Source of the DNA: Alphaproteobacteria bacterium
GTDB taxonomy: Bacteria; Pseudomonadota; Alphaproteobacteria; JAEULC01
Assembly: GCA_023150455.1 (NCBI GenBank)
Contig: JAKLKW010000026.1
Coordinates: forward strand, 41,982-105,981
Length of the DNA: 64,000 bases
Direction: 5' to 3'
In this document: in pieces, positions 20,278 to 30,207 of the stretch
Layout: each line of letters starts with the position of its first letter
Position numbering within the stretch: the first letter of the stretch is position 1
The notes under the pieces: model-generated
The model's database searches: none
Seen by the model: only the letters and a program-made list of their open reading frames with translations
What the model was told of the DNA's origin: nothing
Program-made: the position numbers and the translations under genes

Positions 20278-20868
20278 TCAGCGCTCGGGCGGGCTGTCGG
20301 CGCCGGGGCCGAGCGGGCGCTGCATCATCAGCACGTCGACCCAGCGGCCGAACTTCCAGCCGACGGCGCGCAGCAGCGCGCATTCCTTGAAGCCCAGTGC
20401 CGCATGCAGACTGGCCGAGGCGGCGTTGTCGTAGCCGCCGCCGATCACGGCGATCATCTGGCGCCGTCCGGCGGCGGTGCAGCGCTCGACCAGCGTGGCG
20501 AGCAGGGCGCGGCCGACGCCGCGACCTTCCATACCCGGGGCGACATAGACCGAGTTCTCGACCGTGTTGCGGTAGGCGGGACGCGGCCGGAAGGCGCCGG
20601 CGTAGGCGTAGCCGACGACCTTGCCGTCGAGCACCGCCACGAGATAGGGCAGGCCGAGATCGACCACGGCGCGATAGCGCTTCTCCAGCTCATCGAGCGG
20701 CGGGGACGTCTCCTCGAACGAGCCGAGCCCGGTCAGCACGTGATGGCCGTAGATCGCCTGCACCGCCGCGAGATCAGCCGGCGCGGCGTCGCGCACCAGC
20801 GGCGCGGGGTGCGGCGCGGTCGATATCGCTTCGTCGGGGCGGGTGGTGTCGCGCATCGGCGATGTCAC
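20278..20868 (-). CDS. GNAT-family N-acetyltransferase (phosphinothricin acetyltransferase-like)
   Basis: GNAT motif region VAPGMEGRGVGRALL. Its start overlaps the hutG-like stop by 4 nt. Confidence 0.75.
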   Translation of the reverse strand: MTSPMRDTTRPDEAISTAPHPAPLVRDAAPADLAAVQAIYGHHVLTGLGSFEETSPPLDELEKRYRAVVDLGLPYLVAVLDGKVVGYAYAGAFRPRPAYRNTVENSVYVAPGMEGRGVGRALLATLVERCTAAGRRQMIAVIGGGYDNAASASLHAALGFKECALLRAVGWKFGRWVDVLMMQRPLGPGADSPPER

Positions 20869-21755
20869 GCGGCTGCCAGCAGGCGGCGGTCGATCGTGCC
20901 GAGCGCTGCCATCACCTTGGCCATGTCGCGGGTCAGGCCGAGGATCGCGTCCTTGCGGGTGATCGTCTCCTCGTCCATGTAGAGCGCGCGATTGATCTCG
21001 ATCTGCAGCGCGTGCACTCCGCGCCGCGGGCGCCCGTAATTCTGGGTCGTGAAGCCGCCGGAATACGGGTTGTTGCGTGTCACGGCGTAGCCGAGCTGGC
21101 GCAAGGTGCGCTCCGCCGTGTCGGTGACGATCGGCGCGCAGGACGCTCCGTGCACGTCGCCCAGGATCACGTCGACGCGGGCCCTGCCGGCATCGGTGTC
21201 CATCGGGCCGCCGACCGAAGGCATGGAGTGGCCGTCGATCAACAGGCAGCAGCCGAAGGCCTGGCGCGTGTCGGCGATCAGCCGCCGCAGCGCGCCGTGG
21301 TAGGGCTGGTACAGCGCCTGGATGCGCTCCAGCGCCTCGGCCAGGCGCAGCTTGTCGCGATAGATGTCGCGGCCGGTCGCGACCACGCGTGCGATGGTGC
21401 CGAGGCCTGCGGCCACGCGCGGCGAGCGCGTGTTGGCGTAGCCCGGTAGGGTGTCCTCGAACATCGCCGGGTCCAGCTCGTAGGGCTCGCGGTTGGGATC
21501 GATATAGGCGCGGGGAAACAGCGCGCGCAGCAACGGGGCGCCGAGGCTGGGCGCGGCGCCGAATATCTCGTCGATGAAGCTGTCCTCCGAGCGCCTGAGC
21601 GCGACCGGGTCAAGGCGCGAGGCGGCGACGAACTCGGCCGGGTAATGCGCCCCGCTATGCGGCGAGGCGACAACCAGCGGCACAGCTTGGCGCGGCGGCG
21701 CCAACACCTCGAACGGCGGCGGCTTGACGCCGACCAATGCGGCCGCTGTGTCCAT
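20865..21755 (-). CDS. N-formylglutamate amidohydrolase family protein
   Basis: FGase-family signature (SPHSG...IDGHSM). Confidence 0.7.
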   Translation of the reverse strand: MDTAAALVGVKPPPFEVLAPPRQAVPLVVASPHSGAHYPAEFVAASRLDPVALRRSEDSFIDEIFGAAPSLGAPLLRALFPRAYIDPNREPYELDPAMFEDTLPGYANTRSPRVAAGLGTIARVVATGRDIYRDKLRLAEALERIQALYQPYHGALRRLIADTRQAFGCCLLIDGHSMPSVGGPMDTDAGRARVDVILGDVHGASCAPIVTDTAERTLRQLGYAVTRNNPYSGGFTTQNYGRPRRGVHALQIEINRALYMDEETITRKDAILGLTRDMAKVMAALGTIDRRLLAAA

Positions 21756-21939
21756 GCGTCTGATTTAGGGCAATCGCGTTTGGCTGTCACGCCTGCCGGT
21801 CATGATCGGCAAGCGCCAGGCGACGGCCGCATCGAGCGCCCGGAGATCATGCAGTCGTGGCCGCCTCGGCTTGCGCGCGGCCAGCGTTTGATGCTATGTC
21901 GCGCGCCGTCCCGATCCCGGCATGGGCCCCGGTCCATGT

Positions 21940-22014
<75 letters not shown>

Positions 22015-22251
22015 TTCCTTCCAGCGCCGGCCCGGGCTTCGCCGCCACGCCAGGCAGGTTCTCCGGGCCGTGTCGCGAAGAGTCCGCGCTGGCCCGTCGT
22101 CAAGTAAGTATCATTTGCGCTAAGCGCTTGTAAAGTAACGCTTTCTCAACTGCTACTCGTGTAGCGGTTATCGCGGGCGAGCGCAGGGTGCCTGGAACAG
22201 CCGCCCGGGAAACTCCCCATCGGCCAGGAACGCATAGGTAACAACAAGGAC

Positions 22252-23223
22252 ATGGGCCAGAGCCTGGCGATATCGTCGGACGAGCGCCGCCGCCCGGGCA
22301 GCCTCGGCCGGGCCGCTGCCAAGTTCCGCGACTGGTGGGATGGGCGCGACGCCTACGACCCGGACCAACGTCGGCCGTCGCCGGCGAAGCCGCGGCCGCG
22401 CGAGTCCAAGGCGGCCGACCTGCCCCAGCCGCTCGACGCCGGGCCGCAGCCGCGCATGACGGCCGAGAAGCTCGCGATCGCCACCAAGCTGTGGGGCGAG
22501 GGCTTCCACGAGCCGCTCGGCAAGAACTACATGCCGGACCTGGTGAAGCCCTTCGCGCTGGACGAGAAGATGACCGTGCTCGATCTCGGCGCGGGCCTGG
22601 GCGGCGGTACGCGGGCGGTGGCCGAGCGCTACAGGATTTGGATCACGGGCATGGAGCCTGATCCGGACTTCGCCAGCGCCGCGATGCACCTTTCGGTCAA
22701 GGCCGGCATGAAGACGCGCGCCCCGATCGCCGTCTACGACATCGAGAAACTGTCGTTGCCGCCGCGCAAGTACAACGCCGTCTTCGCCAAGGAAACCTTC
22801 TACCGCGCCCAGAACAAGCGCGGCCTGCTGGCCGCGATCGTGAAGGGCATGGCCAATGGCGGGCAGGTGCTGTTCACCGATTTCGTGCTGCGCAAGCCCG
22901 GGCGCGTGACCGACGACGTCGCCGCCTGGCTCCAGGCCGACACGTTCGTCGGGCATCCCTGGAGCGGCGAGGAAACGACCGCGACGCTGAACGACCTCAA
23001 GCTCGACACGCGCATCGACGAGGACATGACCCCGCGCTATCGCCGCGCGGTGCTCGCGGGCTGGCAGGCCTGCCTGGAAGGGCTGGGCGAGAAGCGGCCG
23101 CCGCGGCCGGTGCTGCTGCAGCTCCTGAGCGACGCCGAGCTTTGGGTGCATCGATTGCGGGCGCTGGAAAGCGGCGACCTGCAGGTGCGCCGCTATCACG
23201 CCATCCTGAAGCGCGCGCGGTAG
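22252..23223 (+). CDS. Class I SAM-dependent methyltransferase
   Basis: LDLGAGLGGG motif I. It lies in the lower-GC islet between the two tRNAs. Confidence 0.65.
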   Translation: MGQSLAISSDERRRPGSLGRAAAKFRDWWDGRDAYDPDQRRPSPAKPRPRESKAADLPQPLDAGPQPRMTAEKLAIATKLWGEGFHEPLGKNYMPDLVKPFALDEKMTVLDLGAGLGGGTRAVAERYRIWITGMEPDPDFASAAMHLSVKAGMKTRAPIAVYDIEKLSLPPRKYNAVFAKETFYRAQNKRGLLAAIVKGMANGGQVLFTDFVLRKPGRVTDDVAAWLQADTFVGHPWSGEETTATLNDLKLDTRIDEDMTPRYRRAVLAGWQACLEGLGEKRPPRPVLLQLLSDAELWVHRLRALESGDLQVRRYHAILKRAR

Positions 23224-23266
23224 CGTTGTCGGTCCAATCGGGTCCGGCCCAGGCGCGGCCGACCGT

Positions 23267-23722
23267 TCACTCCTTGTCGCATACGCCCTTGTTGGGGCCT
23301 TTCGGGAAGCAGTTCTGGCCGGGCTTCCAGTTGTTCGAATCGTCCTGCACGTTCTTGCAGAAGACGAGATAGGTCCCGGCCTTGCGGTTGATGATCGTGG
23401 TGAACTCGGTCACCTGCTTGCCGCTGGTGCAGCCCTTGCCGAGATGGCAGACCGGCTGCTCCTCGATCTGCTTCATCGTGATCTGCGACTCGTTGATCAC
23501 GACGGTCGCCGGCACGCGCTTGCCATCGTCGAAATAGAAGTTGCGCGTGTCGGTGTCGAACACCCACAGCGCCGGCCGCGTCGCCAGCTCGTGCTTGCAC
23601 TTGAGCTGGATCTCGCGCGCCGCGGCGGGCGCCGCCGCGCCCAGCGCCGCGACAGCGGCGAGAAGCGCCCCGGCTGTGCCCAGCACGCGCAAGCCGTGCG
23701 TCGGACCTTGGCCCTTCCTCAT
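23267..23722 (-). CDS. Secreted Cys-rich hypothetical protein (signal peptide plus about 6 Cys)
   Basis: 151 aa. GC is about 58-60%, against about 68% for the backbone. Confidence 0.55.
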   Translation of the reverse strand: MRKGQGPTHGLRVLGTAGALLAAVAALGAAAPAAAREIQLKCKHELATRPALWVFDTDTRNFYFDDGKRVPATVVINESQITMKQIEEQPVCHLGKGCTSGKQVTEFTTIINRKAGTYLVFCKNVQDDSNNWKPGQNCFPKGPNKGVCDKE

Positions 23723-24006
23723 GACGTACCTCTGCCGATGTCGTGACGATTTCCCCCAGGGGACGGCCCGCTTATCACGGCCGCAGGGACAAGCTCAACA
23801 AATCATCGCGTGAGTTGCGTGTATTTTTCGTCGCGCTTTCGCCATGCGACGAATTCCTAAAATCTTTCAGATGTTTATACGGGGGCAGCAGCGTCCAATC
23901 GGACCGGACGGTCCCCCGCCACGCACTTGCAATGGCAAGGCTTTTCTATATGATCCGCCGCTCGCCGCGCCCGGCCGCTCGTCCGAGCGGCACCGGGCGC
24001 TGGCGT

Positions 24007-24081
<75 letters not shown>

Positions 24082-24143
24082 GTTCATCGGCCCCACCCTA
24101 ACCCAACGCAAGCCTGGTTCCGGGCTACCGCGCCGCCATTCGG

Positions 24144-24694
24144 GTGCCGGTCGCAAGGCGGTGTGCGTGCGTGGTCGCACTCGCCGCCCTGGTCGGGTTC
24201 GCGGTCGTCGTCGCCCATCCCGCGCAGGCGGCGGCGGGCCGCTGCCAGGACATCCCGGGCGTCTGGTCCTGGTTCGACGGGCACACGGTTACGCTGTCGC
24301 GCGACGGCGCGCTGGCGGCGACCAACCTGGGCAACTACTTGATGGAAGGAGACACCCCGCGCTGACCGAGCTCGCCCTCGGCGAAGCGTGCGAACGCGTC
24401 GCCAAGATCGCGGCATCGAGATATTGGGCGCCATTCACCATCCCCGACCTGAAGCTGATGGGCGAAATGATCGACGTGGCGCGCAAGCGGGGCACGGCGA
24501 AGTTGGCCCAGGGTACGCGAATCACCGACCGCTGGACCAAGGCCGATTTCATGCTCGACGCGCTGTCCTATGGACAGAGGTCCTGGCCGCGCAGCCTGCG
24601 CTACCTGGAAACCGCCATGAAGGCGGCGCCCAAGGATCCGCGGCTGCGCGAGGCCTATGACGAGCTGTCCGCGATCGCGGCGAGCGCCATGTGA
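24144..24694 (+). pseudogene. Secreted hypothetical protein, apparently disrupted by a -1 frameshift in a C-run near 24357
   Basis: Frame 0 gives a signal peptide plus 50 aa that end in TGA. The shifted frame continues as a 110-aa non-repetitive region (ALTELALGEACERV...) that has no plausible own start. Confidence 0.4.
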
Positions 24695-24747
24695 CGAGTT
24701 GCGCCGCGAACCGAATTCTTCAGTCCGCCAAGTAGGGCACGCTGAGC

Positions 24748-24800
24748 CACCTTCCCATTGCCAACGGCAACACGCCGGGTTCAAATCCGGGCCCCGCTCC
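24748..24800 (+). repeat. Degenerate direct repeat of the 3' half of tRNA-Gly (att-site-like scar)
   Basis: It shares TTGCCAA, GGGTTCAAATCC and CCCGCTCC with the intact tRNA-Gly about 720 bp upstream. It lacks a 5' half and a CCA. Confidence 0.5.
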
Positions 24801-26096
24801 GTGCCTCGGTCTCAGCCATTGAGCAGCGCCACCGACGCCTCCCGCCCGCTCGCCGTCGCGCTGACGGCCTTCACCGCGTTCACGCTCGCGTTGTTCATCG
24901 CGCAGTACTACCGCACGGCGATGGCATTGTTGGCGCCGCTGTTGCACGAGGAGATGGCGCTGACAGCCGACCGGCTGGGGCTCTTGGCGGCGACCTATTT
25001 CATGGCCTTCGGCCTCGTGCAGCTTCCCGTCGGGCTGCTGCTCGACCGCTTCGGCCCGCGCCGCACCGTCGCGGCGCTGATGGGCGTGGCGATGGCGGGC
25101 TGCATCCTCTTTGCCGGCGCATCGTCCTACCTGGGGCTGATGGCGGCGCAAGTGCTGATCGGCGTCGGCACCGCGGGCGGTTTCATGGGCGGGGTGATGA
25201 TCTGTGCGCGCTGGTTTTCGCCCAGGCGCGCCGCCGCCATGACCGGGCTGATGCTGGGCGCGGGCAATCTCGGCGGCATCGTCGCGGCGACGCCGCTGGC
25301 GATCGGGCTGGAGGCCTGGGGCTGGCGCGCGACGACGCTGGCGCTGGCGGCCGTCGTCGCGGCGGACGTCGGGCTGATCTTCCTTGCGGTGCGCGACGCG
25401 CCGCCCGGCCACGCCGCGCGGCATCGCGCGCCCGAGACGGCGCTGCAGATCCTCGCGGGGCTCGGCCAGATCCTGCGCAGCGGGCAGGTCTGGCGTCTGA
25501 TGGCGCTGGCCTTCGTCGGCTATGCCAGCGTCATGGCGGTGCGCGGCTTGTGGGGCGGACCGTACCTGCTCGAGGTGCATCGCCTCGGCCCGGTCGCGAC
25601 CGGCCACGTGCTGCTGGCCATGTCGCTCGGCATCATCGCCGGCGCGATCGGCTACGGGCTCCTGGAGCAGCCGTTCGACAGCCGCAAGCGCGTGGCCCTG
25701 GCGGGCGGCAGCGCCAATGCGGCGCTGTTTGCGGTCCTGGCGCTGTGGCCATCGCCGCCGCTGTGGCTGGTGGTCGCCGCCTTCGTCGGCATCGGCGCCT
25801 GCGGACAAACCTATGTGATACTGCTGTCGCACGGGCGGGCGGGCTTCGCCGACCGGCTGGTCGGACGCGTCATCACCACGCTCAACATGGCGGCGTTTCT
25901 CGGCACATTCAGCATCCAGGCGATGAGCGGCGTGATCGTGCGCGCCTTCCAGCTCGACGACGGCTCGGTGCCGGAGATCGGCTATCGCGCCATGTTCGCC
26001 TTCGTCGGCGTGGTCGTGCTGGTCGCCGTCCTTATCTATGCCGGCGCTCCGGACGCGCGGCCGAGCGAGGACGCGACGCGGGCGAGGATCGGCTAG
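24801..26096 (+). CDS. MFS transporter
   Basis: 12-TM-like hydrophobic profile. The start is GTG 24801 or TTG 24819. Its stop abuts the start of the next gene. Confidence 0.75.
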   Translation: MPRSQPLSSATDASRPLAVALTAFTAFTLALFIAQYYRTAMALLAPLLHEEMALTADRLGLLAATYFMAFGLVQLPVGLLLDRFGPRRTVAALMGVAMAGCILFAGASSYLGLMAAQVLIGVGTAGGFMGGVMICARWFSPRRAAAMTGLMLGAGNLGGIVAATPLAIGLEAWGWRATTLALAAVVAADVGLIFLAVRDAPPGHAARHRAPETALQILAGLGQILRSGQVWRLMALAFVGYASVMAVRGLWGGPYLLEVHRLGPVATGHVLLAMSLGIIAGAIGYGLLEQPFDSRKRVALAGGSANAALFAVLALWPSPPLWLVVAAFVGIGACGQTYVILLSHGRAGFADRLVGRVITTLNMAAFLGTFSIQAMSGVIVRAFQLDDGSVPEIGYRAMFAFVGVVVLVAVLIYAGAPDARPSEDATRARIG

Positions 26097-26828
26097 GTGA
26101 TCGTCCTGTTCACCGATTTCGGCCTTGAAGGTCCCTATGTCGGCCAGATGAAGGCCGTGCTGCAGGCGCGCGCGCCGGCGGTGCCCGTCATCGACCTGTT
26201 CGCCGACGCGCCGGCGTTCGAGCCGCAACTCGCGGCCTATCTGCTGGCCGCCTATGCCGGCGAATTCGCGGAGGGCACGGTGTTCCTGTGCGTGGTCGAC
26301 CCGGGCGTCGGCTCGGCGCGACCGCCGGTGATCGCCGAGGCCGACGGGCGGAAGTTCGTCGGACCCGGCAATGGCGTGTTCGAGATCGTGCTGCGCCGGG
26401 CGATGAGGCGCCGCTGGCGGTGCATCGACTGGAGGCCCGAGCGCCTGTCCGCGAGCTTCCACGGCCGGGATCTGTTCGCGCCGGCCGCGGCGATGCTGGC
26501 CATGGGGCAGGACGTGCCGGCGACGGCGCTTCCGTTCGACGGCGCGCGACCGGGCGCCGATTGGCCGGACGATCTGGCGCGCATCATCTATATCGACGGC
26601 TACGGCAACGCGATGACCGGTTGGCGCGCCTCGGCGACGACGGAAAGCACGCGCGTGCGCGTCGGCGACTGCGCGATCGAGCGCGCGCGCACCTTCTCGG
26701 ACGTGAAGCCGGGCCAGGCCTTCTGGTACGAGAACGCCAACGGCCTGGTCGAGATCGCGGTCAATCGCGGCCGGGCAAGCGATCTTCTGGGCCTGGGCGT
26801 CGGCGCGGCGGTCGCGATCACGACCTGA
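26097..26828 (+). CDS. DUF62 family protein (SAM hydroxide adenosyltransferase / SalL-FlA chlorinase-fluorinase fold)
   Basis: DUF62 N-terminal motif (LFTDFGLEGPYVGQMK) and GYGNA region. It has a GTG start directly after the MFS stop. Confidence 0.7.
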   Translation: MIVLFTDFGLEGPYVGQMKAVLQARAPAVPVIDLFADAPAFEPQLAAYLLAAYAGEFAEGTVFLCVVDPGVGSARPPVIAEADGRKFVGPGNGVFEIVLRRAMRRRWRCIDWRPERLSASFHGRDLFAPAAAMLAMGQDVPATALPFDGARPGADWPDDLARIIYIDGYGNAMTGWRASATTESTRVRVGDCAIERARTFSDVKPGQAFWYENANGLVEIAVNRGRASDLLGLGVGAAVAITT

Positions 26829-29256
26829 CGCGTTCGCCCTTGGGATCGTAGAGCGGCTGCAGGTGGACTTCGCAGGATACGCGTTCGCGCGCGACCTCGA
26901 GCTCCCAGGTACCGGTTCGCAGATAGGCGGCGTCGACGCCCGCGTCGTTGCGCGCATAGCCGTAGCCGATGGCGCGTCCGACCGTATGGCCGAAACCGCC
27001 GGAAGCGAGCCAGCCGGCGCGCACGCCGTCGCGGTAGATCGTCTCGCGCCCGTGCAGGAACACGTCGGGCGACGCGGTCACGCCGACGAGACGGCGCCTG
27101 AGGCCGTCCTTCTTCTGCTGCAGCAGCGCCTCGCGCCCCTGGAACGCGATGTCCGTGCCGAGCTTCACGGCGAAGCCGAGGCCGGCTTCGAGCGGCGTGA
27201 AGTCCGGGCCGATCTCGCCGCCCCAGGCGCGATAGCCCTTCTCCAGCCGCAGCGACTCGATGGCGCGATAGCCGGCGTCGCGCAAGGCCAGCGGCGCGCC
27301 GGCCGCCTTGAGCGCGTCGTAGACCGCGGCGGCGGCCGGCATCGGCACGTGCAGCTCGTAGCCCAGCTCGCCGACATAGGTGACGCGCAGCGCCGCAACG
27401 CGCTGGCCCGCGATGGCGATGGCGCGGCCCGTCATGTAGGGCAGGGCGGCATTCGACACGTCGTCGTTCGTGACCGCCGCGAGCACCTCGCGCGCGCGCG
27501 GACCCATCAGCGCCAGCACCGCGTTCTCGTGGGTGACATCGCGGACCGCGGCATGCATGCCTGAGGGAATGTTGCGCGCGATCCAGTCGAAGTCGCGCGT
27601 CGCGAAGGCGGTGCCGGTGACGACGTAATAGGCGTCCGGCGCCCGGCGCCACAGCGTCAGATCGGCCTCGATGCCGCCGTGGCGGTTGAGGAGCTGCGTG
27701 TAGATCACCTGGCCCACCGGCCGCGCCACGTCGTTGGCGGCGATCCATTGCAGCGCGCGCTCGGCGTCGCGGCCCACGACCTCGGCCTTGGCGAAGGAAG
27801 TCTGGTCGAACAGGACGGCGGCCTCGCGGCAGGCGCGGTGCTCCGCCGCCACGGCATCGAACCAGTTGGCGCGGCCGAAAGACGGTTGATCGACGGGATC
27901 GACGCCAGGCGGGGCGAACCAGTTCGGCCGCTCCCAGCCGAACTTCGAGCCGAAGCAGGCGCCGGCAAGCGCGAGGCGGTCGTAGAGCGGCGAGCGGTGC
28001 GGGCCGCGCGCGGCCTTGTACTCCTCGTTGGGCCAGGCGATCGTGTAGTGCTTGGCATAGGCCTCGAGCGTGCGCTCGCGCACCCATCGGTCGTCGCGAT
28101 GCACCGCGCCGAAGCGCCTGATGTCGACCGGCCAGAGATCCATCGGCGCCTCGCCGCCGGCGACCCATTCCGCGATCGCCTTGCCCGCCCCGCCACCGCC
28201 GGCGATGCCGAAGGCGTTGAAGCCGCAGGCCACGAAGAAGCCGCGCAAGCCCGGCGCCTCGCCAAGGATGAAGTTGCCGTCCGGCGTGAAGGATTCCGGT
28301 CCGTTGACCAGCTGCTTCACGCCTGCCTTCTCCAACGCCGGCACGCGGCGAATCGCCGGCGCCATCATCGGCTCGAAATGGTCCCAGTCGGATTCGAGCA
28401 GCGAGAAGTGGAAGCCTTCGGGAATCCCGTCGAGCGCCCAGGGGATCGGGTTCGGCTCGTAGCCGCCCATGGCGAGCCCGCCGACCTCCTCCTTGAAGTA
28501 GATGAGATTGTCGGGATCGCGCATGGTCGGCAGGTGCCGCGGCAGGCCGGGGATCGACTCGGTGATCAGGTACTGATGCTGCACGGATTGCAGCGGCACC
28601 GAGACGCCGGCCATGCGGCCGACCTCCTTCGCCCATTGCCCGGCGCAGTTCACCACGACGTCGCAGGCGATCTCGCCCCCGGCCGTGGCGACGCCGGCGA
28701 CGCGGCCGTCCTTCACGCGGATCGCCGTGACCGGGCAGTCCTCGACGATGCGCACGCGATTGAGGCGCGCGCCCTTGGCCAGCGCCATGGCGATGTCGGA
28801 GGGATTGGCCTGGCCGTCGGAGGGCAGGAACACCGCGCCAACCACGTCGTCGACCGCCATGGCCGGCCAGAGCGCGAGCGCCTCCTTCGCAGAGAGAACC
28901 TGCACGTCGAGGCCGAAGCTGGTCGCCATGGTCGCCTGGCGCCGGAGCTCGAGGAAGCGGTCGGCCGAACAGGCGAGCCTGAGGCCGCCGGTACGCTTGA
29001 AGCCGGAGCTCAGCCCCGTTTCCGCTTCCAGACGCTCGTACAGCTCGACGCTATGCGTGAGGAGCCGTGTGATGTTGGCGGAGCTGCGCAGCTGCCCGAC
29101 CAGCCCGGCCGCGTGGAAGGTCGTACCCGACGTCAGCTTCTTGCGCTCGAGCAGGACCACGTCCTTCCAGCCGAGCTTGCCCAGATGGTAGGCGGTCGAG
29201 CAGCCGACGATACCGCCGCCGATGACGACGGCGCGGGCGTGGCTCGGCAGGGTCAT
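26818..29256 (-). CDS. Dimethylglycine/sarcosine dehydrogenase-family flavoenzyme (FAD DAO domain plus C-terminal GcvT-like folate-binding domain)
   Basis: VVIGGGIVG Rossmann motif and a GcvT-like C-terminus. The internal start is MTLPSHARAVVIGGG. Confidence 0.8.
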   Translation of the reverse strand: MTLPSHARAVVIGGGIVGCSTAYHLGKLGWKDVVLLERKKLTSGTTFHAAGLVGQLRSSANITRLLTHSVELYERLEAETGLSSGFKRTGGLRLACSADRFLELRRQATMATSFGLDVQVLSAKEALALWPAMAVDDVVGAVFLPSDGQANPSDIAMALAKGARLNRVRIVEDCPVTAIRVKDGRVAGVATAGGEIACDVVVNCAGQWAKEVGRMAGVSVPLQSVQHQYLITESIPGLPRHLPTMRDPDNLIYFKEEVGGLAMGGYEPNPIPWALDGIPEGFHFSLLESDWDHFEPMMAPAIRRVPALEKAGVKQLVNGPESFTPDGNFILGEAPGLRGFFVACGFNAFGIAGGGGAGKAIAEWVAGGEAPMDLWPVDIRRFGAVHRDDRWVRERTLEAYAKHYTIAWPNEEYKAARGPHRSPLYDRLALAGACFGSKFGWERPNWFAPPGVDPVDQPSFGRANWFDAVAAEHRACREAAVLFDQTSFAKAEVVGRDAERALQWIAANDVARPVGQVIYTQLLNRHGGIEADLTLWRRAPDAYYVVTGTAFATRDFDWIARNIPSGMHAAVRDVTHENAVLALMGPRAREVLAAVTNDDVSNAALPYMTGRAIAIAGQRVAALRVTYVGELGYELHVPMPAAAAVYDALKAAGAPLALRDAGYRAIESLRLEKGYRAWGGEIGPDFTPLEAGLGFAVKLGTDIAFQGREALLQQKKDGLRRRLVGVTASPDVFLHGRETIYRDGVRAGWLASGGFGHTVGRAIGYGYARNDAGVDAAYLRTGTWELEVARERVSCEVHLQPLYDPKGERVRS

Positions 29257-30149
29257 GCGGCAGCTCCGGCGAACTCGGACCAAGCCGCCTCGAAGCGGCC
29301 GAGATTCTCGCTGGTGTAGGCGACATAGTCGATCGGCAGGGCGGAATGGATCTCCTGCACCATGCCCCACATCGCTTCGCGCAGCAGCGAGGCACAGGTC
29401 ATGGCGTCGAACGCGCGCCGGCGCGCCGGCACGGGCGCCCGGCCGTCATAGGCGGCGAGCAACCAATCGACCTGGGCCGGAGACAGGCCGTTGTTCGAGG
29501 CGAGGTTTCCCAGGTCGAACAGCGGCGAGTTGAAGCCGCCGTATTCCCAGTCGATCAGCCAGAGCCGGCCGCCGTCGTCGATCAGGTTGGCGGCAAGCAG
29601 GTCGTTGTGGCCGAATTTCAGCTCGATCGGGCCGACCGCGCGCTCGAGCCGCTCGCCGATCGCCATCAGGCGCGGCAATTGCCCGGCCATGCGGCTGCCG
29701 CCGGCGCGAAGCGTGCGGGCATAGTCGCGCAGCGCGTGGAACACCCAGAACAGCGGCGGCGCGCCGGCGATCTGGCGCGGCATCTCGTCGTGACAGCGCC
29801 GCACGAGTGCCAGCACGCGCGGCAGCATCGCATCGGCGCGCACGTCCTCGGCTGCGAGCGTGCGCCCGTCGATGAAAGCGAACACCAGCACGCCGGGCTC
29901 GGCATGGACGAGCTCGGGCGACAGGCCGCATGCCGCCGCGGCGCGCGAGCAGGCGATCTCGTTGCGGCGCAGGAGCCCGTGCACCGGCACGTCCTCGCCC
30001 AGGCGCACCACGCAGCGCCGGTCGCCGTCGCGGACGAGAAAGTTGCGGTTGCTCAAGCCCCCGGACAGCGGCTCCGGCGCCACGCGGCCTCGCCAACATG
30101 TGAGGCGCGCGACGCGCGCTTCGGCATCTTCGCTCTTGGCTTCCCCCAT
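29253..30149 (-). CDS. Choline/ethanolamine kinase-like phosphotransferase (APH family)
   Basis: Brenner motif HNDLLAANLI...IDWEY. An ATGA overlap couples it to the downstream flavoenzyme gene. Confidence 0.7.
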   Translation of the reverse strand: MGEAKSEDAEARVARLTCWRGRVAPEPLSGGLSNRNFLVRDGDRRCVVRLGEDVPVHGLLRRNEIACSRAAAACGLSPELVHAEPGVLVFAFIDGRTLAAEDVRADAMLPRVLALVRRCHDEMPRQIAGAPPLFWVFHALRDYARTLRAGGSRMAGQLPRLMAIGERLERAVGPIELKFGHNDLLAANLIDDGGRLWLIDWEYGGFNSPLFDLGNLASNNGLSPAQVDWLLAAYDGRAPVPARRRAFDAMTCASLLREAMWGMVQEIHSALPIDYVAYTSENLGRFEAAWSEFAGAAA

Positions 30150-30207
30150 CGCGCATGGATACACCGTCCGCGCCGCCGCTGTCATCGGCGGCACCGCAGG
30201 GGATTCC

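Noticed and set aside
24161-24360. N-terminal 66 aa of the 177-aa ORF at 24161 (MCVRGRTRRPGRVRGRRRPSRAGGGG...)
   Set aside because: This Arg-rich sequence is the out-of-frame shadow of the signal-peptide ORF at 24144. Only the part after about 24360 looks protein-like, hence the frameshift interpretation.
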